Positions 8,993 through 16,701 of a stretch of DNA of 32,000 bases are shown in pieces. The stretch comes from Candidatus Omnitrophota bacterium (GTDB taxonomy: Bacteria > Omnitrophota > Gorgyraeia > Zapsychrales > JANLHA01), in assembly GCA_963662715.1 (NCBI GenBank), contig OY759724.1:60001-92000 (forward strand), in the 5' to 3' direction. Positions within the stretch are counted from its first letter, which is position 1; the number at the start of each line of letters is the position of its first letter. The position numbers and the translations under genes are program-made. A model generated the notes under the pieces. The model was not told the origin of the DNA, did not search any database, and saw nothing but the letters and a program-made list of their open reading frames with translations.

Positions 8993-9568
8993 TCAATTCC
9001 AGAATCCTTTCTTTTCCTTTTGGGCCGTCTGGTAAAGCTCTTTCATCAAAGCCGCATGCTTCGTATTCGGAGGTATGGTCATCGGATAAGCCAGCCCCGC
9101 TTTCACGATAGAGGCATTCAGGAAGACACACGGTGTTCCCTGACATTCGCTCATATACAAATCCGCTGTCTGTCCCCTGTCCGTTTCTGTCCCTTCAAAG
9201 TAAACATAGGCCAGTAATCTGCCGTATTGATCCCTTTTTTCAATATCATAAGTCAACATAACCTTTTTTCCTAAAACCAGATCAGAGGTGAATTCAGACG
9301 CGCGCCGGCCCTGGGCCTGCAGAAACGCGATGTCCTTTTTATGCCGGCGGGCATCCCGATAAAGCTTATCGTTTTCATGCACTTCCGGACAATCAATGCC
9401 TATAAGACGCACTTTCTCTCCATTTGTCAGCAAGAGAGTATCTCCATCGAACACTTTTTTGACCCGAAGGTCGCGAGGGCCTCCCGACCCGCAGCTGGTC
9501 AAAACAACCAGGCCGACAATACAGGATATGATAAAAATAATAAACCGTCTGTAATTCTGAACACTCAT
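8993..9568 (-). CDS. thermonuclease (staphylococcal nuclease, SNase) family protein, predicted lipoprotein
   Basis: 191 aa with lipobox LTSC in the signal peptide. SNase core motifs are present: VFDGDTLLL, VRLIGIDCPE and QYGRLLAYVY, covering the Ca-binding and catalytic Asp/Arg/Glu positions. Confidence 0.85.
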   Translation of the reverse strand: MSVQNYRRFIIFIISCIVGLVVLTSCGSGGPRDLRVKKVFDGDTLLLTNGEKVRLIGIDCPEVHENDKLYRDARRHKKDIAFLQAQGRRASEFTSDLVLGKKVMLTYDIEKRDQYGRLLAYVYFEGTETDRGQTADLYMSECQGTPCVFLNASIVKAGLAYPMTIPPNTKHAALMKELYQTAQKEKKGFWN

Positions 9569-9645
9569 AATGATGTCATGGTATTTTCATGCCATTTTCA
9601 AATCAACCGCTCGGGGCATAGGTAGAGAAAAGACTTCCGGCAACA

Positions 9646-10023
9646 TCAGCTTGACTGGAAATTCAAAAGCTCTTTTACGGCATGCATAAACTGATTGATG
9701 TTACATGTCTTGGGGAAAATCACATCCGGCTTGATATCTTCCGAGAAATCCTTGTCACGGTCAAGGGCCTCCGGAGTGATCATGATAATTGGAATGGATT
9801 TATACACCTCATGGCTTTTCAGAAAACCGCACACAGAATAGCCGTTTAAAAAAGGGACCGTAATACCGAGTGTGATTAAATCCGGGAAGGTCTGTTTGGC
9901 CAGCTCATACCCTGTGATCCCGTCAAAGGCTGTTAACACATGAAATCCCAAAGATAAAAGATGATCTTTGATCGGATCAATAAAACCAGGGTCATCATCA
10001 ATGATCAATATCTTCTTGGGCAT
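9646..10023 (-). CDS. receiver-like domain lacking the phospho-acceptor aspartate (pseudo-receiver), paralog of 7712-8089
   Basis: It aligns without gaps to the other receiver: 47 identical of 118 positions by my hand count. The acidic pair is kept (IIDDD). The acceptor column reads DLITLGITVP where the paralog has DLIILDVMLP. The ORF-track start at 10056 is GTG. The ATG at 10023 gives MPKKILIIDDD and the same 125-aa length as the paralog. Confidence 0.8.
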   Translation of the reverse strand: MPKKILIIDDDPGFIDPIKDHLLSLGFHVLTAFDGITGYELAKQTFPDLITLGITVPFLNGYSVCGFLKSHEVYKSIPIIMITPEALDRDKDFSEDIKPDVIFPKTCNINQFMHAVKELLNFQSS

Positions 10024-10383
10024 AAAAACAGGTCCGCTCGAGAAATTCCTATCCACTATATTGTTTCATCAATGTCTGAACGGTCTCATTCACGTAAACA
10101 TCAATGATTACAATGTGTTGCGCGGGATCCCTTCCTCCAAGAATCCAGGGAAGCCCGGCGACCCCTTCGCACCTATCCGAAAAAACCGGGATTATCTGCC
10201 GCCTGCCATTTATACTTTGCTCAAATACGGCAAAAAACCGCACCACAGACAAGTATAACATATCTCAGAAGGGGTTGACCGCCCCGGGGCCCCTCCCCAG
10301 GAATACCATTTTTCAAAGAACTCCGGCCCGACGTAAGGCGTCAGGAACGGCACAAGCCTTTTGCCCCGATTCCGGACAAACCG

Positions 10384-10587
10384 TCATCCGTCCTGCGACT
10401 GAAAGGTCTGGACAATCTGCTTAACCTCCAAGTCAGCTTTTTCGATTTTGCTTCTGCACATCTCAATAAGCTGTACAGCTTCTTTCACTCTTAAGGAAAG
10501 CTCATCGACATCGACGTCTTCCTGTTCAATCTTATGAATAACTTCGTCTAATTTTTCTATGGCTTTACTGTACTTGATCTCCTTCAA
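10384..10587 (-). CDS. xseB: exodeoxyribonuclease VII small subunit
   Basis: Helical 67-aa product KEIKYSKAIEKLDEVIHKIEQEDVDVDELSLRVKEAVQLIEMCRSKIEKADLEV... is typical of XseB. I place the start at TTG 10587-10585, which has AAGGAGG 6 nt upstream and overlaps xseA by 23 nt. The ORF-track ATG at 10635 would overlap xseA by 71 nt. Confidence 0.85.
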   Translation of the reverse strand: MKEIKYSKAIEKLDEVIHKIEQEDVDVDELSLRVKEAVQLIEMCRSKIEKADLEVKQIVQTFQSQDG

Positions 10588-11917
10588 GGGACTCCTCCTT
10601 ATAAATATGATTGACCCGGCTTTCAAAACAGCCATCCAGCAATTTCGTCCTTACAATATCCTGCGACTGTAACTGTTCGATGCTTTTCAATACGCTTCCG
10701 TCAGGCAAGCGAGTAAGGGAGAAACCTTTTCTAAACAAATTTTCCGGCCTGGCCAGCTCCACAATCGTGCGGCAATGCTTTAATCGGGCCCCGGCATTTT
10801 TCAAAAAAGCATCTGCTCCCGCCCCCAGGGCCTTTTGCTGACTTTGGATATTCTCCGCCGACCGTTTTAAAATCCTGAAAGGGAAAAGAGCGAGGCTTTT
10901 TTCAAACCGCGTCAACTCCTGTTTCTGGCAGGTCAAAGAATAGAAGACCCCCTGCCTTAAGTCCTGAACGGATTGCGTCAATTTCTGTTCTCTTTCTTTT
11001 ATAATATCCTGGGCCTTTCCCAGCAAATCCTGCCCTCTACGATTTAGCCCTGTCAAAAAATCCTGAATACGTTCCACAAGATACCGGGCCACAGCCGTGG
11101 GGGTTTTCTGGAAAGCATAAGCCGCCATGTCCGTGATGGTCATATTAATTTCGTGACCGATGCCGCTGACAACCGGGACTTTGATTTCAGCAATCTTTTC
11201 GGCTATCAGCTGTGAATCAAAACAACTCAGTTCGGCAATCGACCCTCCGCCCCGGGTAATGACGATCAGATCAACTTCGCTCAAATTCTGCAGCGTGTCC
11301 AGAGCTTGACAGACATCCTTTTCCGCTTTTTTCCCCTGCATAAGGGTGTTTCGGCAGAGCACAGTAAATCCGTATCCGCTCGACGCCAGTTCTGCCATAA
11401 AATCATTATACGCCGCAGAATCAAAAGCCGTAATCAAGCCGATACCCAGCGGCACAACGGGAAAAGGAAGCGCTTTATTACGCTCGAACGTGCCCTTTTT
11501 TTTCAACAAGGCCACCAAGCGCTGTTTTTCCTGGGCAATCTTGCCCAATGTGTACGTGGGGTCAATACTTTCAACGATGAGCCGAACCGCTCCATGCGGG
11601 GGATAAAAATCCACTTTGCAGAGGAATTTGACCTCGATATCATCCTTGAGCTGAAATGCGTTCTCGGCATGATCTAAAATATCATTAATGGCCGCTTTCC
11701 TCCCGGAAAAAATGACAAGGCCTATCCGGGCCACAACCTTGTTGGACTGGAGTTCCTTCTCGCACAACTCAAAAAAAACATGGCTTTTATCTTTATTGCG
11801 ATTATACCCCTGAATTTCACCGCAAACCCAAACCCTTTGCGGGAACCCCATCTGAAGCACATCTTTAATAAAATCATTTAACTGGGAGACCGTTAAAAAG
11901 CTATCGTCATAAAGCAC
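10565..11917 (-). CDS. xseA: exodeoxyribonuclease VII large subunit
   Basis: 450 aa. The N-terminus LTVSQLNDFIKDVL...VWVCGEIQGYN (OB-fold region) and the long C-terminal coiled region are typical of XseA. GTG start with AAGGAA upstream. It is followed by xseB. Confidence 0.92.
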   Translation of the reverse strand: MLYDDSFLTVSQLNDFIKDVLQMGFPQRVWVCGEIQGYNRNKDKSHVFFELCEKELQSNKVVARIGLVIFSGRKAAINDILDHAENAFQLKDDIEVKFLCKVDFYPPHGAVRLIVESIDPTYTLGKIAQEKQRLVALLKKKGTFERNKALPFPVVPLGIGLITAFDSAAYNDFMAELASSGYGFTVLCRNTLMQGKKAEKDVCQALDTLQNLSEVDLIVITRGGGSIAELSCFDSQLIAEKIAEIKVPVVSGIGHEINMTITDMAAYAFQKTPTAVARYLVERIQDFLTGLNRRGQDLLGKAQDIIKEREQKLTQSVQDLRQGVFYSLTCQKQELTRFEKSLALFPFRILKRSAENIQSQQKALGAGADAFLKNAGARLKHCRTIVELARPENLFRKGFSLTRLPDGSVLKSIEQLQSQDIVRTKLLDGCFESRVNHIYKEESLEGDQVQ

Positions 11918-11992
11918 AGCGTCGTTCCTTTTTTCAGAAAAGTTAAACTCACATCCTCAGGCCATGATTCAGGGACAAACACAAAACTTTCC

Positions 11993-12472
11993 TCATAACG
12001 GCGCATCATCCGGGCTTTCGGCTGGATCAAGCAAAGCGTCAACAGACCAGACATTTTCTTCAGTTCGCTGTAATACAACAGCCGTTCCGGTGTTAAATTT
12101 CAGCACAGAGCGTCTGTCCTGCCTGGCCATTAATCCGGCCACGAGGCAAGGAAGATACGGCAAATGCCCCACAACACAGATATTCTGATTCTGCCGGAAA
12201 AGATCTTCGATCATGCCTTCGACCGGGTCGTTCGGGGCCAAGCCCGGCCTGACAAGGAGTTCCGCGTCCGGGCAAAACAGCTCCTGGATAATCCCGGCCG
12301 TCTGCCGGGCCCTCTCCTTCTGGCTGCAGAGTATCCGGGAAACGCTTAATCCCATGAGGGACAATAAAAGAGCCGTTTTCTTGATCTCCTCAACACCGCA
12401 AGCACTTAAGGGGCGCAGAGGGTCTTCCGTTTCCGAAACAGCTTGGCCATGTCGTACAAGAATGAGATACAT
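11993..12472 (-). CDS. sixA: phosphohistidine phosphatase SixA-like (histidine phosphatase superfamily)
   Basis: 159 aa. It has the N-terminal LILVRHGQA (RHG catalytic motif) and a second His in VVGHLPYL. The size is typical of SixA. Confidence 0.8.
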   Translation of the reverse strand: MYLILVRHGQAVSETEDPLRPLSACGVEEIKKTALLLSLMGLSVSRILCSQKERARQTAGIIQELFCPDAELLVRPGLAPNDPVEGMIEDLFRQNQNICVVGHLPYLPCLVAGLMARQDRRSVLKFNTGTAVVLQRTEENVWSVDALLDPAESPDDAPL

Positions 12473-12515
12473 TGCGAACTCCCTTCCGGCATTTTAACGT
12501 CCATCTTCCTTAAAA

Positions 12516-12863
12516 TCATTTTTCCCGGGCGATATAGATAAAATGCGGGATCAATATCCCGGAGGACATCATTATTTCCAGGAACCGTCCGTGAGAAGCC
12601 CTCAGGCAAAAGGCCACGCCGGCATAGCCGCAGGCGATGAACGCTCCCCCCAGGTCACAGAACAACGGTTCTTCCTCCCCGGGGTAAATACGAAGCCACC
12701 TTAACAAAGCAGCCCCGAGAAAGGCTGCGGCGATGGCCGTATAAATCAAGGTTAAGGATTGATGAAAGAGCAACATGGCACATTCCGCCACAACCGTCAC
12801 AATGAACCACAGCCGGTAATACGGCCATTGAGAACTCTTAATATTGAAAGGCGTCCGGGGCAT
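12516..12863 (-). CDS. small integral membrane protein, unknown function
   Basis: 115 aa with ATG start and three to four hydrophobic segments (LWFIVTVVAECAMLLF, IYTAIAAAFLGAALL, GGAFIACGYAGVAFCL). I recognise no family. Confidence 0.6.
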   Translation of the reverse strand: MPRTPFNIKSSQWPYYRLWFIVTVVAECAMLLFHQSLTLIYTAIAAAFLGAALLRWLRIYPGEEEPLFCDLGGAFIACGYAGVAFCLRASHGRFLEIMMSSGILIPHFIYIAREK

Positions 12864-12878
12864 GAAGGCCTGTCCCTT

Positions 12879-13295
12879 TCAACCCGTAATCTCTGTTAAG
12901 CATTTCTGCATCGTCTCGAGTACGGCCCCTAGCCCTTGGAAGCAGCTATCGACCTGATCTTTCTTGTCGTCGAGAATTTTAGCATTGTCACGTGACTGAC
13001 GGGACACATCCCCTGAATACCATTGTCGGAAACTATGGTATTCATTCAGAATGACGTTATACCGCTGAATCCGGGCCACATTATCCAGCCACGTTTTCCG
13101 GACAGCCCCCGAAAAAATCTGTGTCTCGCCGGCAAGGCTCACGGGAAAAGGATACCGGGTATCTTGTTGGGCCATGACATGATAACGTTCCACATTGTGA
13201 ACTGTTTCCTGTTTTACGGCCAGGAATCTCGCCCGTGCCTGTTTCTTTAATCTGAATTCACGGATTCTTTCGGTTATATTCAGAAAGCCCATCAT
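12879..13295 (-). CDS. hypothetical protein, unknown function
   Basis: Soluble, helical-looking product MMGFLNITERIREFRLKKQARARF... The ORF-track start at 13385 is TTG and would overlap the macro gene by 83 nt. The ATG at 13295 lies 7 nt after the macro stop and is preceded by a purine/G-rich stretch (AGGGGGG). Confidence 0.55.
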   Translation of the reverse strand: MMGFLNITERIREFRLKKQARARFLAVKQETVHNVERYHVMAQQDTRYPFPVSLAGETQIFSGAVRKTWLDNVARIQRYNVILNEYHSFRQWYSGDVSRQSRDNAKILDDKKDQVDSCFQGLGAVLETMQKCLTEITG

Positions 13296-13302
13296 AGCCC
13301 CC

Positions 13303-13830
13303 CTAAAAAGGAGTCCGGGCATTTCTTTCTCCCAGCAATGCCCGGTAGATTTCAGAATCATCAGGGGAATAGCAGACAAAAACAACCGTTCTTAAAGAAG
13401 GCGCCTGGGGCAGGAACTTCCGCACCGTACGGACAGCGATTTCTGCCGCCTGCTTTTTCGGAAACCGATAAACCCCGGTACTGATACAGGGAAAAGCTAT
13501 GGATGTCAGGCCTTTCCCGGCCGCTAACATCAAAGACTTGCCATAACACTGTTCCAAAAGATCGCTTTCCTGATGCTGTCCGCCTTTCCAGACAGGCCCG
13601 ACCGTGTGGATCACATATTTTGCTGACAACTGATGGCCGGCTGTTATTTTAGCTTCTCCCGTCGGGCATCCCCCCAAAGCCCGGCATTCCTCCAGAAGTC
13701 CGGGACCGGCCGCCCGATGAATAGCCCCGTCAACGCCACCGCCTCCCAGGAGAGACGTGTTCGCGGCATTAACAATGGCATCAACCTCTAACGAGGTGAT
13801 GTCTCCCTGAATCATTTTCAATTCCGCCAT
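13303..13830 (-). CDS. ymdB: macro domain protein (YmdB-like O-acetyl-ADP-ribose deacetylase / ADP-ribose binding)
   Basis: Motifs [36 protein letters not shown] and [13 protein letters not shown] are diagnostic of MacroD/YmdB-type macro domains. The ORF-track start at 13863 is TTG. The ATG at 13830 ([11 protein letters not shown]) gives a typical ~175-aa length. Confidence 0.9.
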   Translation of the reverse strand: MAELKMIQGDITSLEVDAIVNAANTSLLGGGGVDGAIHRAAGPGLLEECRALGGCPTGEAKITAGHQLSAKYVIHTVGPVWKGGQHQESDLLEQCYGKSLMLAAGKGLTSIAFPCISTGVYRFPKKQAAEIAVRTVRKFLPQAPSLRTVVFVCYSPDDSEIYRALLGERNARTPF

Positions 13831-13893
13831 AAGAGGATTCCCTTCCTTGCCCGGATATCGCAATTCAAAACAATTTTACCCTCTTTAGAAATA

Positions 13894-14634
13894 TCACTCT
13901 TCCGGGCTTAATACCCCCCCCGTGGCAATACTGTATGTCGTGTAAATCCGGTCTTCTTCAATTTTCACCGGCGTGGCAATGATCCGGTAGCCCGAATTCG
14001 ACATAAAACAAGAAAAATGAAATCCATCCCGTTCAATATTACAATATATTTCGTCCAGATACGGGGGGTCGGCAAAATAAAGAACATTGCTGTTACTCGG
14101 ATATTCTCCGTTTTTCTGAGCATAGTTTTCAATAGCATCTGAAATGTACTTCAGGGTCTCTACCGGAGATGGACCGCGGCGGGGCGTGTTGGTAATATTA
14201 AGATAATGATCGAATGACTGGTAGCCCAGAAAAGGGATAGCGAGCAAAACGGCGATAATCAGCAAACAGGCCCGAAACGATATCGTGGCCCCTGTCAATC
14301 GCAGTTGACCTTTATTCATAAGGTCGGCTGTTGTATAAGCGTCATAGACCCCGTAAATCCACGGGAATATCAGAACAGACGTAATGAAAACAAGCAGGCC
14401 TTTCATTAACTGCCCGTTATAGCACTGCCCCATTCCCGGGAAAAGCAAAGATAATATCGCAGCAAAAAGAGGCTTGCGCGGAGCCAGGATCTCTGCTCCT
14501 TCCCCGACAAAGTTGGAACAATGATGACAGTATGTTTTTCCCTGCACAAGAGCGGCACATTCCTTACAGACGGGGCTCTGGCACCGGTCACATTTCTCTA
14601 AAGCGATTCTTTGGGGATGATAACGACAAAACAT
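13894..14634 (-). CDS. zinc-ribbon (B-box-like) membrane protein with pseudopilin (GspG)-like C-terminal domain
   Basis: From the ATG at 14634 the product starts MFCRYHPQRIALEKCDRCQSPVCKECA...CHHC, a Cys4/His-type zinc ribbon. A helical hairpin with LLFPGMGQCYNGQLMKG follows, then a third TM. The C-terminal domain begins ETLKYISDAIENYAQKNGEYPSN. The ORF-track start at 14676 is TTG inside a palindrome. Confidence 0.7.
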   Translation of the reverse strand: MFCRYHPQRIALEKCDRCQSPVCKECAALVQGKTYCHHCSNFVGEGAEILAPRKPLFAAILSLLFPGMGQCYNGQLMKGLLVFITSVLIFPWIYGVYDAYTTADLMNKGQLRLTGATISFRACLLIIAVLLAIPFLGYQSFDHYLNITNTPRRGPSPVETLKYISDAIENYAQKNGEYPSNSNVLYFADPPYLDEIYCNIERDGFHFSCFMSNSGYRIIATPVKIEEDRIYTTYSIATGGVLSPEE

Positions 14635-14665
14635 AAGCGAATTTAACTGATATGACTTTATTGTT

Positions 14666-14686
14666 CTGTGATTCAAACAATCACAG
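14666..14686. promoter_or_regulatory. perfect 8-5-8 inverted repeat CTGTGATT-CAAAC-AATCACAG, candidate operator or RNA hairpin
   Basis: Read directly from the sequence. It lies in the 118-nt gap between the U32 peptidase stop (14753) and the zinc-ribbon gene ATG (14634), 32 nt upstream of that ATG. Confidence 0.3.
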
Positions 14687-14752
14687 CGACTCGTTTTTTA
14701 TGTGCTTACGACAGCCGGGGACAAGATCCCCGCTCAAAAGCCTCCCGCCTCT

Positions 14753-15973
14753 TTACTCCTTTTCCTGCCAAAGGAAAACCTTGTCTTTCGGTTTCACCGA
14801 AAACGGAAGTTTTACCGCGACAAAATCTCCTTTAGCCGCCTGCTCAACCCCCTGGTGCTCTATTTGCATTTCCTGAATGACAGCCGACAACCCCGGGGTG
14901 GAACGTCCGATAAATAACAGCTCCTGGCCTCTGGCAATGGCATGATGCCCCAAATGTATTTCAGCAACGCTGATCTTCTTGAAAAACCGGCGCACCTCCC
15001 CGACATAAATCTTTTTGTAACTATGCTCTAAACCGCGGCTTACGTCTTCTTGCGGTCTTCCGAAATAAAAGCCGCTGGAAAAACCGCGGTTATACACTTT
15101 CGACAAATCTTCTTTCAACCGTGCCTTCAAATCCGGGGTGAGGCGCCCCTGAAAGAAGGCATCAACAGCTTCGCGGTATACAGACGTAACGACCCGCAGA
15201 TATTCCACTGAACGAATACGTCCTTCTACTTTAAACGAATTAATATTAGCTTTCAAGAGTTCATCAATAAAATCTAAAGCACAAAGGTCTTTCGGGCTCA
15301 GGATATAATCCTGGCCAATAACATATTCCATATCCGACTCAGTGTCTTTGATGATATATTCATGACGGCAAGGCTGAATGCATTGCCCTTTGTTCGCCGA
15401 TTTTCCGTGAGAATAGGAAGAAAGAAAACACCGGCCGGAGACACTCACACACATCGCCCCATGAACAAAGCATTCCAGTTCACATTCCAGCCCCCGGCTC
15501 AAACTCATCTGACGGATGTTCTGGATATCAGATAAGGAGCACTCCCTCGCCAGGACAACTCTCTTGACACCCAGCCGGGCATAGGCTTCCAAAGCCTCGA
15601 AATTCGCGACGCTGGCCTGTGTAGACAAATGGATCCGCAAGCCCAGTTCTTTAGCGGCCGTAAACACAGCCATATCCCATAGGATGACGGCATCGGCACC
15701 GGCTTCCCGGGCCAGCCCTAAAACTTTTTTGACCCGGGGAAGATCATCGTTCATAATAACCGTGTTGAGCGTTAAGTAGCCCTTCTTATCATGCTCGTGC
15801 AGGAAAGCCATGACTTTATTCAATTCCAGCGGATCAAAGTTAGCCGCATAATGCCGCATATTTAATCCCTTAACACCGAAATAAACACTGTCCGCGCCGT
15901 TATGAACAACAGCCTGCAACGAGGCCCAGTCTCCGGCCGGGCATACAAGTTCTGGTTTCTGAGGGATATCCAT
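14753..15973 (-). CDS. peptidase U32 family protein
   Basis: 406 aa. It contains the U32 family signature ELECFVHGAMCVSVSGRCFLSS and the N-terminal PELVCPAGDW...GADSVYFG. Subfamily (RlhA/TrhP/UbiU-like) not assignable by eye. Confidence 0.9.
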   Translation of the reverse strand: MDIPQKPELVCPAGDWASLQAVVHNGADSVYFGVKGLNMRHYAANFDPLELNKVMAFLHEHDKKGYLTLNTVIMNDDLPRVKKVLGLAREAGADAVILWDMAVFTAAKELGLRIHLSTQASVANFEALEAYARLGVKRVVLARECSLSDIQNIRQMSLSRGLECELECFVHGAMCVSVSGRCFLSSYSHGKSANKGQCIQPCRHEYIIKDTESDMEYVIGQDYILSPKDLCALDFIDELLKANINSFKVEGRIRSVEYLRVVTSVYREAVDAFFQGRLTPDLKARLKEDLSKVYNRGFSSGFYFGRPQEDVSRGLEHSYKKIYVGEVRRFFKKISVAEIHLGHHAIARGQELLFIGRSTPGLSAVIQEMQIEHQGVEQAAKGDFVAVKLPFSVKPKDKVFLWQEKE

Positions 15974-15980
15974 AAAAAAA

Positions 15981-16619
15981 CTACATCTCCTTTTCTGTCC
16001 TGATCATGGGGACAAAGCGGACCGGGAGCAGGCTCTTCTTGGCCAGCCCGTCCGGATTTTTGACAATCAAAACGAGTTCCTGCATAAATCTGCCGACAGG
16101 GATAACCATTTTTCCCACCGGGGTAAGCTGTTCCATTAAATGTTCCGGGACGGAAGGGGGCGCGGCCGTGACAATAATGGCATCAAAAGGAGCGCGTTCG
16201 GGCCATCCGTTATAACCATCGGCCTGTTTTAAGAAGATATTCTTATAGCCCAAGCGCTGCAGACGGGCCCGGGCTGATTGCAATAGAGGTTCCACGACCT
16301 CGACCGAGTAAACTTCTTGGACCAATTCCGCCAGTACGGCAGCCTGGTACCCCGAACCCGCACCTATTTCCAAAACCCTGTCATGACTCTCTAATTCAAG
16401 AACCTCTGTCATAAAAGCCACTATGTAAGGCTGCGAAATCGTCTGGCCGTATCCGATATCCAGAGGATAATCTTCGTAAGCATATTTCCTCGCACTCTCC
16501 GGCACAAATTCGTGTCTTTGCACTTTAAGGACAGCTTCCAGGACACGGGTGTTCCTTATCCCCCGCTTTTTAAGCTGCTGCTCGACCATCTGTTTGTGTT
16601 TATGACTAAAAAAATCCAT
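15981..16619 (-). CDS. pcm: protein-L-isoaspartate O-methyltransferase
   Basis: It has GYGQTISQPYIVAFM and the SAM-binding VLEIGAGSGYQAAVLA motif. The ORF-track start at 16649 is TTG. The ATG at 16619 (MDFFSHKHKQMVEQ) gives a typical ~212-aa length. Confidence 0.9.
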   Translation of the reverse strand: MDFFSHKHKQMVEQQLKKRGIRNTRVLEAVLKVQRHEFVPESARKYAYEDYPLDIGYGQTISQPYIVAFMTEVLELESHDRVLEIGAGSGYQAAVLAELVQEVYSVEVVEPLLQSARARLQRLGYKNIFLKQADGYNGWPERAPFDAIIVTAAPPSVPEHLMEQLTPVGKMVIPVGRFMQELVLIVKNPDGLAKKSLLPVRFVPMIRTEKEM

Positions 16620-16701
16620 GTTCTTTCTTGCGGAATAATAAATCCACAAGCAAAAGGGGGATTGGTTAGGGAAGAAATATTACAGCGGAAAAAATCAAAT
16701 T

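Noticed and set aside
9578-9606. Promoter-like TTGATT-17-TACCAT immediately upstream of the nuclease gene
   Set aside because: The -10 element is weak (4/6) and would put the transcription start only about 3 nt before the ATG, giving a leaderless transcript. It is possible but too speculative to list as a feature.
10049-10261. 70-aa minus ORF in the xseB / pseudo-receiver gap
   Set aside because: It has an ATG start but only a weak SD, and no motif I recognise. It is kept as a possibility inside the intergenic finding rather than called as a gene.
10110-10380. Possible known ncRNA (SRP RNA, 6S, RNase P, tmRNA, c-di-GMP riboswitch) in the GC-rich gap
   Set aside because: I looked for the SRP helix-8 motif, the RNase P GAGGAAAGUCC motif, the tmRNA acceptor ends and GEMM-I ACGCAAAGC-type cores on both strands. 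None was found; there are only generic short GC stems.
14667-14685. CRP/FNR-like site TGTGA...TCACA within the palindrome
   Set aside because: The half-sites are separated by 9 nt, not the 6 nt of the CRP consensus, and there is no TTGAT-N4-ATCAA FNR pattern. It is reported only as a generic palindrome.
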